Part shown: positions 10,426 to 21,105 of the stretch, piece after piece
Numbering within the stretch: the stretch's first letter is position 1
Layout of the letters: each line of letters opens with the position of its first letter
From: Candidatus Aenigmatarchaeota archaeon
Lineage (GTDB): Archaea; Aenigmatarchaeota; Aenigmatarchaeia; Aenigmatarchaeales; JACQIB01
DNA: 64,000 nt
Reading direction: 5' to 3'
Assembly: GCA_043799675.1 (NCBI GenBank)
Contig: JAZDNN010000024.1
Coordinates: 32,412-96,411, forward strand
Translations under genes and position numbers: made by a program
Notes under the pieces: generated by a model
What the model was told of the DNA's origin: nothing
The model's database searches: none
Seen by the model: the letters and a program-made list of their open reading frames with translations, nothing else

Positions 10426-10664
10426 ATTGCCTGTCAAAAGTTTTGGAAAAACCGCGCCAAGCTTTTATAACGATGTTATAAGAACCCGCCGATGATAGTA
10501 AAAATAGTTTTAAAAGGGGTTAAATGTGGCCGTGGGCCGATAATCTTATATGCTAATCGGTAGATTACTAAAGGATTAAGAAAAGCTGATAAGACCAGAA
10601 GTGATCATATGCAAGTCAACAAAGTTGACCAAACAACAATTGGCTGCCAGAGGCAGCAGGTGCT

Positions 10665-10928
10665 ATGAGTATGGGAGACACAAAAGGCATTATCGTCACC
10701 TACCACATCGCCTATACCAAGGAGGTGCTGGTGCGGGTGCCCGGAATCAACAGCCGCAGGGACGCGGCGAAGCTAGTGGGCAAAAGGGCGACATGGTCCG
10801 ACCCTAAAGGGGAGAAATATACGGGCATGGTCAATGGATTGCACGGGACCGCAGGGACGGTGAAGGTCAAGTTCAAGAGCCCGCTTCCTCCGACAGCCTT
10901 GGCGAAGCCCATTGACATAGCGGGCTGA
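10665..10928 (+). CDS. rpl35ae: 50S ribosomal protein L35Ae
   Basis: A.KLVGK..W...G....G....HG..G.V.VKF..PLP pattern. Confidence 0.85.
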   Translation: MSMGDTKGIIVTYHIAYTKEVLVRVPGINSRRDAAKLVGKRATWSDPKGEKYTGMVNGLHGTAGTVKVKFKSPLPPTALAKPIDIAG

Positions 10929-10977
10929 CAAAAACACGCCCAATACGCCGAAGCTATTTATGTAAACGGCTTTATTC

Positions 10978-13674
10978 TTGTCCATGAAAAACGGCATTGA
11001 CAAAGGAAGGCTGTTTTTGTCTCTCATGGTTATAGCCGGAACGTTTCTGCTGACCGGCGTCGGGGGAGTCAGCGGTTATCTAGTCATGACCGACACCATC
11101 CAGCCTGACAGCGGCGGGAAGGACGCCCATATGATATCGGGTTCCCCAAATTTCAATTACGGTGCGGATACAGGGATGGACATAAGAGGCGACGATAACA
11201 GGCGCGCCCTGATAGAGTTCAACCTTTCGAACGCATCGGCGTACACCAACATGATTTCCGCCACCATGAGGCTTTACGCGACCGCAAAGGGGTCCGCAGA
11301 CCCGGTAGTGTACGTACACAGGGTGACCAATCCGTGGGTCGAAGGCAGCGGCACGGGTTCCAAAACGGGTGACGGCGTCACATGGAACAACCGGTCCGGC
11401 TCGCAGGCATGGACTTCGTCGGGCGGCGACTACGATCAGAACATCATTACGAACACCACGGTAACGGGCACGAACGCGTGGTTCAGCTGGGACGTGACCG
11501 ACCTGGTACGAGGCTGGGCAAACGGGACGTATTCCAACTACGGCCTGCTCATCAGGACGAACACCACCAGCAGCGCCACGACCACCTTTTCCACCAGCGA
11601 CAACGCGAATTCGAGCAGGCGGCCCGTCCTTGAAATAAGGTATTTCATACCCCTCAATATCGGTTTTGTGAGCCCGACCCCCGACAGCGGGAGCACGGTG
11701 AACCAGACATGGGTGTATGTCAACGTGACCCTGTCCAACGGCAACGCCACTGCGGCAAAACTGGAGTTCAACGGGACAAACTACACGATGAGCAACGCCT
11801 CCGCAACACCCGGCGTCAGGTGGTTCTACAACAAGACAAACATGGCCAACGGGAACTACACGTACAGGGTCTATGCCAATGACACCGATAACAGGGTTTT
11901 CTATAATTCCTCGGTCAGGACCGTCACCGTCAATGTCTATACGGATTCCACACCGCCGCAATGGAGCAATGCAAACAGTTCAACACCGGCAACATATTCG
12001 ACAACTTCATCATCGTTCAACGTCGCATGGACAGACAATGCAGGCATCTCCATTGCGCTGTTCGAATCGAACTACAGCGGAACGGCAACGAATTACACCA
12101 TGTCCGGCTCCGGCACCTACAGCTATAGCGCCGTATTGCCGGCCGGGACGTTCTACTGGAAGAGCTATGCGAACGATACCAGCGGTAACCGGAACAGCAC
12201 GGGCATTCGGTACTTCACAATAGGCAGGGCAGACAACCCCGTCAACCTTTACCTGAACGGAAACAGGAACAGCAATATTACGATCGCTTACGGAACGCAA
12301 TCCAACGCCACGGGAACTGCCCAAGCAGGAACCGCGACCATGTTCAGAAACGATGCTTCAATCGGCAACCCTGAAACGGCCATATTCGGTGTCAACGCTG
12401 CCGGACATGCATACAAGGTCAACGCCACCGGAAACGCCAACTACTCAGATAACACCACCGGCATCACATATTACCTGATTATCAGCAAGGCGGCCTCGGC
12501 AGCTTCGTTGACGTTTTCACCGGCCTCGCCGGTCTCATATGGCACCGCGACAACTGCAAGATGTTCTTCAACAAATCCGGAAGGTGCGGCCAGGCTTTAC
12601 AGGGACGGCACGGATGTGACGACCGAGAACAATACCGCAATAATCCTTGGCGCAGGCACTTACGGGTATGTGTGCAACGCCAGTGCAACGCAGAACTACA
12701 CGGCTGCAAACAGCAACAGCAGCTACGTTGTGAACAAGGCGGCCACAACTACAGCCTTGTTAATAGACGGGACACAGGCCGACAAGACCGTGACCTACGG
12801 CACGCAAACCAACGTGACGGCAACGACGTCCACCGGATCGTTGACACTTTACAGGAACGGGCTGGTCGTATCCAATCCTGACATCACAAACCTCGGGAAC
12901 GGAACGTACAACTACACGGCATACAACTACGGAAATGCCAACTTTTCCGGCAGCTCGGTGACACGATGGGTGACCGTGGGCAGCATGACCTCATCCGTCC
13001 TGCTCATGCTCGACGGGCAGCAGGCCGACCTGTCCGTGACCGCGGGGGATTCGGTCAACATAACCGCGGTTCTGGTCTCGCCTGCGGCAGGGAACCTGAA
13101 CCTGGCCATGGACGGCACGACCATCGATTCCGGCCCGTCGCCGCTGCAGAACATCACACTCTTTGCTAATGCAGGCACGTTTTTCATCAATGCGAGCTAT
13201 GCGGGCAACGCCAACTATACCCCGGCCAACGCGGGCCTGTACGTGACGGTGCAGAACTCAAAAGCACCCTCCAAAAAAGCGCTAGTGGTCCAGGCGGGCC
13301 CGGACGCGTGCCTGAGATGCCCGCCCCTGACCGACTGGTCCGCATGCGCTGACGGGAAGCAGACAAGGACCGCCTATGATTGCGCCAGCACCACCGCCTA
13401 TCGCTGCATCCCGAGGACCGAGGAAAACGCCTGCACCAATCCTGCGCCCCCGATAGTCCAGGAAAACCGGCCGGCCCAGACCGCGCAAGGGGCAGCCGGA
13501 AATGCCAACAATCCGGCGGGCGGGACCGCCCCGCTGGCCGCAGTGACGGGCGCGGCAGGCGCCATGCCGGGCCTGGAACTGATTGCCGGCCTGGCAATCC
13601 TGGCCGGAGGCATAGGGCTGGTCTGGATGAGGCGTACACGGCATCCGCACAGACCGTCAAAAAGGCCCCGCTGA
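10978..13674 (+). CDS. Large cell-surface glycoprotein (DNRLRE-like N-domain, Ig-like repeats, Cys-rich repeat, C-terminal TM)
   Basis: Signal peptide; RALIEF, SATMRLY, WDVTDLV, NYGLLI, RPVLEI; many N-x-S/T sequons; C-terminal anchor. Confidence 0.85.
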   Translation: MSMKNGIDKGRLFLSLMVIAGTFLLTGVGGVSGYLVMTDTIQPDSGGKDAHMISGSPNFNYGADTGMDIRGDDNRRALIEFNLSNASAYTNMISATMRLYATAKGSADPVVYVHRVTNPWVEGSGTGSKTGDGVTWNNRSGSQAWTSSGGDYDQNIITNTTVTGTNAWFSWDVTDLVRGWANGTYSNYGLLIRTNTTSSATTTFSTSDNANSSRRPVLEIRYFIPLNIGFVSPTPDSGSTVNQTWVYVNVTLSNGNATAAKLEFNGTNYTMSNASATPGVRWFYNKTNMANGNYTYRVYANDTDNRVFYNSSVRTVTVNVYTDSTPPQWSNANSSTPATYSTTSSSFNVAWTDNAGISIALFESNYSGTATNYTMSGSGTYSYSAVLPAGTFYWKSYANDTSGNRNSTGIRYFTIGRADNPVNLYLNGNRNSNITIAYGTQSNATGTAQAGTATMFRNDASIGNPETAIFGVNAAGHAYKVNATGNANYSDNTTGITYYLIISKAASAASLTFSPASPVSYGTATTARCSSTNPEGAARLYRDGTDVTTENNTAIILGAGTYGYVCNASATQNYTAANSNSSYVVNKAATTTALLIDGTQADKTVTYGTQTNVTATTSTGSLTLYRNGLVVSNPDITNLGNGTYNYTAYNYGNANFSGSSVTRWVTVGSMTSSVLLMLDGQQADLSVTAGDSVNITAVLVSPAAGNLNLAMDGTTIDSGPSPLQNITLFANAGTFFINASYAGNANYTPANAGLYVTVQNSKAPSKKALVVQAGPDACLRCPPLTDWSACADGKQTRTAYDCASTTAYRCIPRTEENACTNPAPPIVQENRPAQTAQGAAGNANNPAGGTAPLAAVTGAAGAMPGLELIAGLAILAGGIGLVWMRRTRHPHRPSKRPR

Positions 13675-13733
13675 CATAACCGCCAACGGAAGAAGGCAAC
13701 GCATTTTATAAGCCAGCTTTGTTAAAATTACAT

Positions 13734-14441
13734 GTGGTAAAGAAAGCCGGAAAAACCGAGGAACGCCCGACACTTCAGCGGGTGACGACAGGCATCACGG
13801 GGCTTGACAAGCTTCTGGAAGGCGGCCTGGTGAAAGGCAGCACCGTCCTGCTCGCCGGCGGACCCGGCACCGGAAAGACCATTTTCTGCGCCCAGTTCCT
13901 GATGGAGGGGCTGAAAAGGGGCGAAAAGTGCCTTTACATAACGCTTGAAGAAAGTCCCGAGGACATAATCGACGACTGCATGCGGTTCGGGTGGGACCTT
14001 TCCAAATACCTGGCCAACTGCCAGCTGAAAATCGAATTCAAGGACCCGCTGGAAATGGTCGACGTCAAAAGGGAGTTTCTGGACAACCTGTGCCGGCTGA
14101 AAATGGACAGGGTGGTCATAGACAGCACATCGGTGATGGGGCTCTACTTCAAGAACCCGTCCGACATCAGGAAGAACCTGTACCAGACCCTGCAGGCCAT
14201 CAAACGGAGCGGCGCGACCACGGTAGTAACAGCGGAAGCGCCGGAAGAAGGGAAGACCATAACGCGATTTGGGGTGGAGGAATACGTGACGGACGGCGTG
14301 ATAACCATGCATTTTGTCGGATTCGGTGGCGCTTCCTACCACAGCCTCCAGATACGGAAGATGAGACGGACCGACCACGGCAAGGACATCTACCCGATGT
14401 TCATCAACAGGAACGGTATCGAAATAAAGAAACTGGAATAA
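13734..14441 (+). CDS. KaiC-like/RecA-superfamily ATPase (single domain)
   Basis: TGITGLD, GGPGTGKT Walker A, LEE, VVIDS, IRKMR. Confidence 0.92.
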   Translation: MVKKAGKTEERPTLQRVTTGITGLDKLLEGGLVKGSTVLLAGGPGTGKTIFCAQFLMEGLKRGEKCLYITLEESPEDIIDDCMRFGWDLSKYLANCQLKIEFKDPLEMVDVKREFLDNLCRLKMDRVVIDSTSVMGLYFKNPSDIRKNLYQTLQAIKRSGATTVVTAEAPEEGKTITRFGVEEYVTDGVITMHFVGFGGASYHSLQIRKMRRTDHGKDIYPMFINRNGIEIKKLE

Positions 14442-14443
14442 AA

Positions 14444-15817
14444 TTAGAACTTCTTGACTATACGAAGGCGCTTGGGGGTGCCGTTTACCACAAGCATCTT
14501 CTGGAATTCGTCATGCGGGACGGGATGAACGTTAACGTTCAGTATTCCCGCTTCATACGCCTGGAACAGCTGCTCCGTACGCTGGTCCTTTGAGAGGCTA
14601 TCCAGGATGGCATCGGTTATCCGCCCCTTGTCAAGCCCGCCATTGTCAATCAGTATGTCGAACTTGTGGGTCTTGCCTTCGGAATCCTTGCTCCAATGTA
14701 TCTGCCAGTCGGGTATCAAATACTCCTGTCCGACCTCCTCGAACCTGCGCTCTATGTGATTCTCATAGGTCTTGGCCCCGCCTATGTTCAGCACCTTGTC
14801 TGTCCTCGATATCACGCGGGCGTTCGGCGCGGTTATGCCGCACGGGCATTCGGTATCAATGATCTCGATGACGTCCCCTATATCATAGTTGATGAGCGCA
14901 AAGGCCTCCCTGTTCGGGGTTGTGGCACGCAAGGGCCCGATGTCCCCTTTCTTGCATTCCCACAGCCACTTGGGTCCCTCGTCGGTCATGAGCTGGTAGA
15001 TGTTATCATCGAGAAACATGTGTGAACCTCGATGATGCTTGCATTCGACCGCCGGGGACGAAAGCTCGGCGGAGCCGTACATCTCGTATGCCTCGACTCC
15101 GAACCTTCCGAACGCTTCCCTCTGCTTCCCGTTCATCGCCTCGCCTGCCATCACGGCCATCCTCAATTTCGGGAACACCTTCTTCAGCGGGGCGGGAATC
15201 TTTTCGGCCATCGTATCCAAGAAGCGTATGCCTATCGGGGGCACCCCGGTCAGCCCGACTATGCTGCCCGCGTTCTTCATCAGGCTGCCCATAAGCTCCT
15301 GGGGTCTTGCCATGATTCCCCTTGTCACCGGTATGCTGCCGAGACCGTACGCGTCGGACGTCCAGCCGGACATTATCTGGGAACAATGGGGTGGCTCCGC
15401 TCCGATGTTGATGACCACGTCGCCCTTTGAAAGCTCCGACATGAATGCATACCTTGACCCATAGGCCCCCAGCCTCCTGGTATCATACTCGCTGAACGGA
15501 TAGAACTTCATCTTCCTGCTGCCGGTGGAACATAACCAACCGTCATTGGCCTGTTTCACCGGTCCGGATGGGATGAGAGGGTCGCGTTCCTTGAAGCCCG
15601 TGTAGAAATCCGGCGTAAGAACCGGAACCTCCTGAAGGACGGCGAGCTCGGCAGAATAGCTTTTCCCGCCCCAGAGAAGCCTGTAGACCTCGGATTTCTT
15701 CGCACGCTCCATGACTTCCGATTCGGCGAGCATCGTCTCCGCCTGCTCCCTGAACTTGGAGCGCGGCATGTACATCGCTTCTTTCACTTCATCCAAAGAG
15801 GGTATCGGTCTCATCAT
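14444..15817 (-). CDS. Phenylacetate-CoA ligase-like adenylate-forming enzyme
   Basis: STGS, AGE, YGSAE, YDIGD, CPCG, RTD motifs. Confidence 0.8.
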   Translation of the reverse strand: MMRPIPSLDEVKEAMYMPRSKFREQAETMLAESEVMERAKKSEVYRLLWGGKSYSAELAVLQEVPVLTPDFYTGFKERDPLIPSGPVKQANDGWLCSTGSRKMKFYPFSEYDTRRLGAYGSRYAFMSELSKGDVVINIGAEPPHCSQIMSGWTSDAYGLGSIPVTRGIMARPQELMGSLMKNAGSIVGLTGVPPIGIRFLDTMAEKIPAPLKKVFPKLRMAVMAGEAMNGKQREAFGRFGVEAYEMYGSAELSSPAVECKHHRGSHMFLDDNIYQLMTDEGPKWLWECKKGDIGPLRATTPNREAFALINYDIGDVIEIIDTECPCGITAPNARVISRTDKVLNIGGAKTYENHIERRFEEVGQEYLIPDWQIHWSKDSEGKTHKFDILIDNGGLDKGRITDAILDSLSKDQRTEQLFQAYEAGILNVNVHPVPHDEFQKMLVVNGTPKRLRIVKKF

Positions 15818-15819
15818 AA

Positions 15820-16353
15820 TCACTTCACTTTCAGCACGAACTCGCAGTAAGGCGCGCCCATCGCGAGGCACCTGGTCTCCTCGCACCCGAACTTCTTGCC
15901 CTTGAAGGCGCTCTCGAACACGCCGACCATGGTGCCGCAGAAGAACCAGTCGACGGGGAACCTGGTCTTCCCGTTCAGCTTCAGCACCTCGCGCGCCATG
16001 GTGGAATCCCTTATGTGCACCGTGGCTTCGCCGCTGAACGGGTCGTACTTGGTGACCTCCATCAGGCCGATGCCCATCATGTTGCTGCTGTCGGCCATCT
16101 GGTCGGAGAACTTCTGCTTGTCGACGCCGAAGTGCTCCATGGAGACCTTGCCTATGAGACGGCCGTGGTTCATGCCCGCTTCGTAGAACATGTCGAACGC
16201 TTTCTTGCCCTCCGTCTTGTAAATCTTCAGGAATATTTCCGCAAGGACGGGCGAGGAAACTATCACGGCACCGACGCCCATTATCTCTATCTTGCCCTCA
16301 TCGAAGCTGGCGAGGTTGGCGAAAATCATCTTGTTCATGAACTTGGAAAACAT
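15820..16353 (-). CDS. V4R-domain protein
   Basis: EETRCLAMGAPYCEF C-terminal signature. Confidence 0.88.
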   Translation of the reverse strand: MFSKFMNKMIFANLASFDEGKIEIMGVGAVIVSSPVLAEIFLKIYKTEGKKAFDMFYEAGMNHGRLIGKVSMEHFGVDKQKFSDQMADSSNMMGIGLMEVTKYDPFSGEATVHIRDSTMAREVLKLNGKTRFPVDWFFCGTMVGVFESAFKGKKFGCEETRCLAMGAPYCEFVLKVK

Positions 16354-16445
16354 ACGATACCAGTCTTACGATACCTATTTTCACAAATAAAGGTTCCTCC
16401 CGACAAAAGTTAACGGGATTTATCCTTTGCGCCTGAAGTATCCGC

Positions 16446-18071
16446 ATGGCGAGAGTGTTCCTGAGCCCGATATACGGCGACAAGAAAACGCAGACGTTCG
16501 ACTGCCTGACGCCGAATCCGGGTCCGGCAATGCTGGCAGCCTCGCTGCTGAAGGAAGGCCAAACCGTCCGCATCTACGACCCGAACCTTCCGCGCAACAG
16601 CATGAAGGGGCTTGAGACTTGCATAGACGGGTACGACCCCGACCTGCTTGCCCTCAGCGTCTACCAGAACGGCTTCTTCGACACGATAGACCTGGCAAAG
16701 AGGGTCAAGAAAAAACACCCGGAAATCAAGATAGCCGCCGGCGGACCGCAGATAACCACATGGGACTCCTACGTCTACAACGTGACCGATGCGTTCGACG
16801 TCCTCGGCATCGGGGAAGGCGAATACACGATAACCGGCCTGGCGGATTGGGCGGACGGCGGTAAGCTGGGCGAAGTTCCCGGAATAATCTACAAGGAAGG
16901 GGGAGAAATCAGAAGGAACCCGCCGAAGGTGTTCACGAACCTTGATGAGCTTCCCTCACCCGCATGGCAGCTGTTCGAGCTGGACAAGTACCTGCCGATG
17001 TTCCCTCTCGAGCTCGGAAGGAGCTGCCCATGGGCCAAGTGCGCATTCTGCGTGCACGGAAAGCTCTCGGGAAAGAGGAGGGAACGCTCGCCAAAAATCT
17101 CTGTCGACGAAATGGAGAGAGACATAAAGGAATACGGAATGACCAACTTCAGGATAACCGACTCATCGCCCACACATCGCACGCTGGAAGGCTTTTCGGA
17201 CGAGATTCTCAACAGAAAACTGAAGGAGAAGTATGACGTCAAGTGGTGCACCCTGGTAAGGGCCAAGGAAACGGATTTCCCTTTATCGAAGAAGATGCAT
17301 GCGGCCGGATGCGTTGCCGAATTCATCGGTGCGGAGTCCGGGGACGACCAGATGCTCCGGCGCATGAACAAGGGCGAAACAGCTGACGAAAATCGCAAGG
17401 CAATCATGGCGGCAAAAGATGCCGGGGTGAAGGCGTCTGTCAGCACCATAATCGGCTTCCCGGGGGAGACCGAGGAGAGCATCCAGAAGACGGTCAATCT
17501 CATTTACGAGACCATGCCGGACTCTGTCATGATATACCCGCTGGGCGTGATGCCCAGCACGCCGCTGTCGGGAAACCCCGAAAAATACGGAATCAAGCTG
17601 CATGAAGACTGGAAAGAAAAGTTCATGAAAACCAGTGTCAAGCTGATAGGCGGAAGGATGAAGGTGCCCCATTATTTCGATTACGCGGACGGGAAGCCGA
17701 ACACTTATTACGGCAAGAAAGTTGGCAAGCTCCTCATGAAGAACGCGAAGGCGCTGGTCCGGAAGGGGGTGCTCATCCAGGTACCGGAGCACCTGTTCCT
17801 GTTCGCGGAAATGCTGGAAAAGGAGAAGGCCGGAAGGCTCATCAACAATCCGGAGGCGGCATACGAATCCAAAATCAAGAATGCCTGGACCACCGTGAAA
17901 AAGAAGGCCGTGAAAGCGATGGGCAAACCGGATTTCCCGTACGAGATGAAAATGATGAACGGCTTCCACAGCTGGCTGAGGAACGGGTATGCCGAGGGCG
18001 TTGAAGAGATTGTCGGCATGATGTGGGAAAACAGCAGGGCCCGGGCCGGGGGCAAAGCGAAGGCATTATAA
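16446..18071 (+). CDS. B12-binding-domain radical SAM protein
   Basis: GGP, GEGE, GRSCPWAKCAFC, GAESG, IGFPGET. Confidence 0.93.
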   Translation: MARVFLSPIYGDKKTQTFDCLTPNPGPAMLAASLLKEGQTVRIYDPNLPRNSMKGLETCIDGYDPDLLALSVYQNGFFDTIDLAKRVKKKHPEIKIAAGGPQITTWDSYVYNVTDAFDVLGIGEGEYTITGLADWADGGKLGEVPGIIYKEGGEIRRNPPKVFTNLDELPSPAWQLFELDKYLPMFPLELGRSCPWAKCAFCVHGKLSGKRRERSPKISVDEMERDIKEYGMTNFRITDSSPTHRTLEGFSDEILNRKLKEKYDVKWCTLVRAKETDFPLSKKMHAAGCVAEFIGAESGDDQMLRRMNKGETADENRKAIMAAKDAGVKASVSTIIGFPGETEESIQKTVNLIYETMPDSVMIYPLGVMPSTPLSGNPEKYGIKLHEDWKEKFMKTSVKLIGGRMKVPHYFDYADGKPNTYYGKKVGKLLMKNAKALVRKGVLIQVPEHLFLFAEMLEKEKAGRLINNPEAAYESKIKNAWTTVKKKAVKAMGKPDFPYEMKMMNGFHSWLRNGYAEGVEEIVGMMWENSRARAGGKAKAL

Positions 18072-18093
18072 GCGGCAGAATGCTTTTTCTCTG

Positions 18094-19749
18094 ATGTCGT
18101 GGCACGAGCTGAAGGCGGAAATTGCGAAGCATCTTGATGTGCCGGAGCAGGAAATAGAAGAGCCCGGCAAGGAAGGTTTCGGGGACTTTGCGTGGCCGGC
18201 ATTCTCGAAAGCAAAGGCAGAAAAGAAGAACCCGGTCGAGATTGCAAAGGCACTTGCAGCCAAGCTCAAGGTGAAAGGGATAAAGGAAATCAAGGCGGTC
18301 GGGCCGTACGTCAACTTCTTTGTCGACTGGGCTGCGCTTGGGAACGACATTCTGAAAGAGGCCGGATCCGGCTACGGAAAAGGGAAGGAAAAGAAAAGAG
18401 CGGTCATAGACCTGAGCAGCCCGAACCCCGCACACCCGTTCCACATGGGGACGGTGAGGAGCACGGTGATAGGCGAGGCGGTAGCAAGGACACTTGAAAG
18501 CAGGGGATGGAAGGTCGACAGGCTGTGCTATGTCAACGACCTTGGAAAGCAGGCAGCCACTTTGCTTACAGGATACCTGCGCTATGCGAACGGGCAGAAA
18601 CCGGAAGGAAAGCCGGACGTCTGGCTCGGCAAGCTTTACATGAAAATCAACGAGGAGAGCGAACAGATAGAGGACGAGGTGTTCCAGAACCTGCACAAGT
18701 ACGAGCTCGGCGACAAGACGATGAGGGAGCTCGGAAGGAAGGTTTTCGGCTGGTGCCTTGAAGGGTTCGGGCAGAACTGGAAGCTGCTCGGGGTTAAGTT
18801 CGACCACATGTTCTGGGAATCCGACCTGGTCGGGGAGAGCAAACTGATAATCAAGGAGCTCGAGAAGAAGAAACTCACGTTCGAATCGGAGGGGGCGATG
18901 GTGCTGAATCTTGAGCCGCACGGCCTTCCGAACACCATAATCCAGCGGAAGGACGGCTCCGGTCTCTACCTCTCAAGGGACATACCGCAGGCGATATGGA
19001 GATGGAAGAACATGAAGCCCGACCTGAACCTGTACGTGGTCGCGGAGGGGCAGAGCACCCACTTCAACCAGCTGTTCAAGACGCTGGAGCTGCTCGGCCA
19101 CGGGGAGCTGGCAAAGAGGAGCAGGCATCTCGCTTACGGGACGGTGCTACTTGAGGGGGAGAAGATGTCCTCAAGGAAGGGCATCACGGTCCTGTGGGAC
19201 CAGCTGCTTGAAGAGGGGATAAAGCGGGCCAAAGAGGAGATAATCGGGCGCTGGCCCGACCTGAGCGAGAAGGAAAGGAATGAAAGGGCGGAACAGATAG
19301 CGGTCGGCGCAATCGTATATTACATCCTAAAATATTCACCGGAGAAGACGGTCAACTTCACCTGGAGCGAGGCAATGAGGTTCGAAGGGGACACCGGACC
19401 ATACCTGCAATACACCCATGCAAGGGCCAAGAGCATACTCGCAAAGGAGAAGGCAAAATCGTTCGATGCCAAGCACCTCACGGATGAAAAGGAGAAAAAC
19501 CTGCTGAGGATGCTTGCCCAGTGGCCTTCCGTGCTGAAAAAATCGGCAGCGGACCTCCAGCCTCATCAGGTCGCCGAATACCTCCACAGGCTTGCCGATT
19601 CATTCAACGAGTTCTACCAGACGGTAAGGGTGATACAGGCGGAAAAGAACGAGCAGAAGCAGGCGAGGCTGAAACTGGTCGAGGCGGTCTCCGAGGTCCT
19701 CAAGACGGCGATGACACTGCTGGCAGTTCCTTCACCTGACAAGATGTGA
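18094..19749 (+). CDS. argS: Arginine--tRNA ligase
   Basis: SSPNPAHPFHMG (HIGH-like), KMSSRKG, GPYLQYTHAR. Confidence 0.97.
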   Translation: MSWHELKAEIAKHLDVPEQEIEEPGKEGFGDFAWPAFSKAKAEKKNPVEIAKALAAKLKVKGIKEIKAVGPYVNFFVDWAALGNDILKEAGSGYGKGKEKKRAVIDLSSPNPAHPFHMGTVRSTVIGEAVARTLESRGWKVDRLCYVNDLGKQAATLLTGYLRYANGQKPEGKPDVWLGKLYMKINEESEQIEDEVFQNLHKYELGDKTMRELGRKVFGWCLEGFGQNWKLLGVKFDHMFWESDLVGESKLIIKELEKKKLTFESEGAMVLNLEPHGLPNTIIQRKDGSGLYLSRDIPQAIWRWKNMKPDLNLYVVAEGQSTHFNQLFKTLELLGHGELAKRSRHLAYGTVLLEGEKMSSRKGITVLWDQLLEEGIKRAKEEIIGRWPDLSEKERNERAEQIAVGAIVYYILKYSPEKTVNFTWSEAMRFEGDTGPYLQYTHARAKSILAKEKAKSFDAKHLTDEKEKNLLRMLAQWPSVLKKSAADLQPHQVAEYLHRLADSFNEFYQTVRVIQAEKNEQKQARLKLVEAVSEVLKTAMTLLAVPSPDKM

Positions 19750-19820
19750 GCCCCGAGAGAACCTAGGTTCCCTTAAGGGTTTATTCCTCCTAAATTGGCT
19801 GCGGCCATAATGAGAAAATA

Positions 19821-20231
19821 TTATTTCTTTTTTCCGGCGCGCAATATCCTGTAGACATCCTTGTCGACAAGGCACGGGCATTTGTCGCAGGTTTCGTTCC
19901 TGCACTTGTAGCCGACAATCTTTTCTTCCGATTTCACTATCTTGGGGTCTCTTGAATCCGGGAGCTCGGCCTCAAGGTCTTCAACCTCTGAAATGGAGTC
20001 TTCGTTCTCAGGCCTCCTTTCATACGTGAGCGTCATGGTGATGGACGCTTCGCGCACGGAAAGTATCGGAGAGGTCGTATCTTTAAAGTATTTTATCAGG
20101 GCCTTCTTGCCCAGATAAGCCGGCAACGCGCTGACAACCTCATTGTCGTCCCTTGAGTCGCCCGTCTTAAAACCGAAAACACACCTGCAGTCCTCGTATT
20201 CAGCCATATTGTTGCCTGAAATCAGTTGCAT
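19821..20231 (-). CDS. Hypothetical protein with Cys cluster
   Basis: ORF; C-x4-C-x2-C-x-C near C-terminus. Confidence 0.55.
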   Translation of the reverse strand: MQLISGNNMAEYEDCRCVFGFKTGDSRDDNEVVSALPAYLGKKALIKYFKDTTSPILSVREASITMTLTYERRPENEDSISEVEDLEAELPDSRDPKIVKSEEKIVGYKCRNETCDKCPCLVDKDVYRILRAGKKK

Positions 20232-20393
20232 GGAAAAGGATTTAAACGGGCATCATCCGCTTGCAGAAAACACCGCTTCCGTCGGAAATGATTCCTTCCT
20301 ATTTCCGCTTGTGCTTCGCCTTGAGCTTACCCATGAACGTATTTCCGGCATTCAGCTCATTCGATGCATCATCGAAATCGTTTATCATCATGA

Positions 20394-20897
20394 TCACGAG
20401 CAGCTCAGCAGGGCCTGCAGCTTCTCGGCCGAGCTGAAAATGTTGTTGAGATTGACGCCCACGATGGGAATCTGGTAGCGCTTGCCGTGCATCGCCGTTT
20501 CCAGCTCCTCGATCAGGACCCCCTTGCCCGGAACGTTCCTTGTGCCGTTGGCGAGCTGATGGACCGCCCAGGTCGGGTTGAACTCGACCCCTAACACCCC
20601 AACTATCTGGTATTTTGATTTCATGTAACTCTCAATCTGCCTGACAATATCGTCGGCGTGCTTCTTGCAGGTGCCCCTGTAGGCCTTGGTGTCGAGCGCC
20701 TCCTTCCCTTTCGACTTGCGGTCAAGGCCGAAGCACTCGAGCTCGGGATCAGGAAGCTGTATTATGCCTATTCCGGATTCCCCCAGCAGTTCAAGCAGTT
20801 CCTTGACGGCACCCGGAGCGCGTTCGCAACCGGCGGCAGCCGCGTTCTGGTTCAGAAGCAAGTGCGAAACAAATATTACTTTTCTGCTCCTTTCCAT
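20394..20897 (-). CDS. DUF523/TudS-related protein with substituted Cys ligands
   Basis: SHLLLNQNA, QLPDPE, GVLGV..PTW, GVLIEEL; positions usually Cys are L/D/W. Confidence 0.7.
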   Translation of the reverse strand: MERSRKVIFVSHLLLNQNAAAAGCERAPGAVKELLELLGESGIGIIQLPDPELECFGLDRKSKGKEALDTKAYRGTCKKHADDIVRQIESYMKSKYQIVGVLGVEFNPTWAVHQLANGTRNVPGKGVLIEELETAMHGKRYQIPIVGVNLNNIFSSAEKLQALLSCS

Positions 20898-21105
20898 GAT
20901 CAAACCACTCAATAGGGGGGTCCGTTTTGCAAAACCCCAGAACCGCCCTGACATATACTGTGGCCAACACGTATTTAAAGTTTACTCGGATTGTGTAGTG
21001 AACAGAACAACCGTTCGGCAATGGTCGAAGCGATACGACGAGCTTTTATCCATTGTGACGGAACAACATAATCCGGATTGAAGCTGCCGAAAGAAGGAAT
21101 GAAAA

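Noticed and set aside
10430..10660. AT-rich intergenic region as replication origin or ncRNA
   Set aside because: Only short palindromes (TTATAAC..GTTATAA, GTCAAC..GTTGAC); no ORB repeats or adjacent cdc6.
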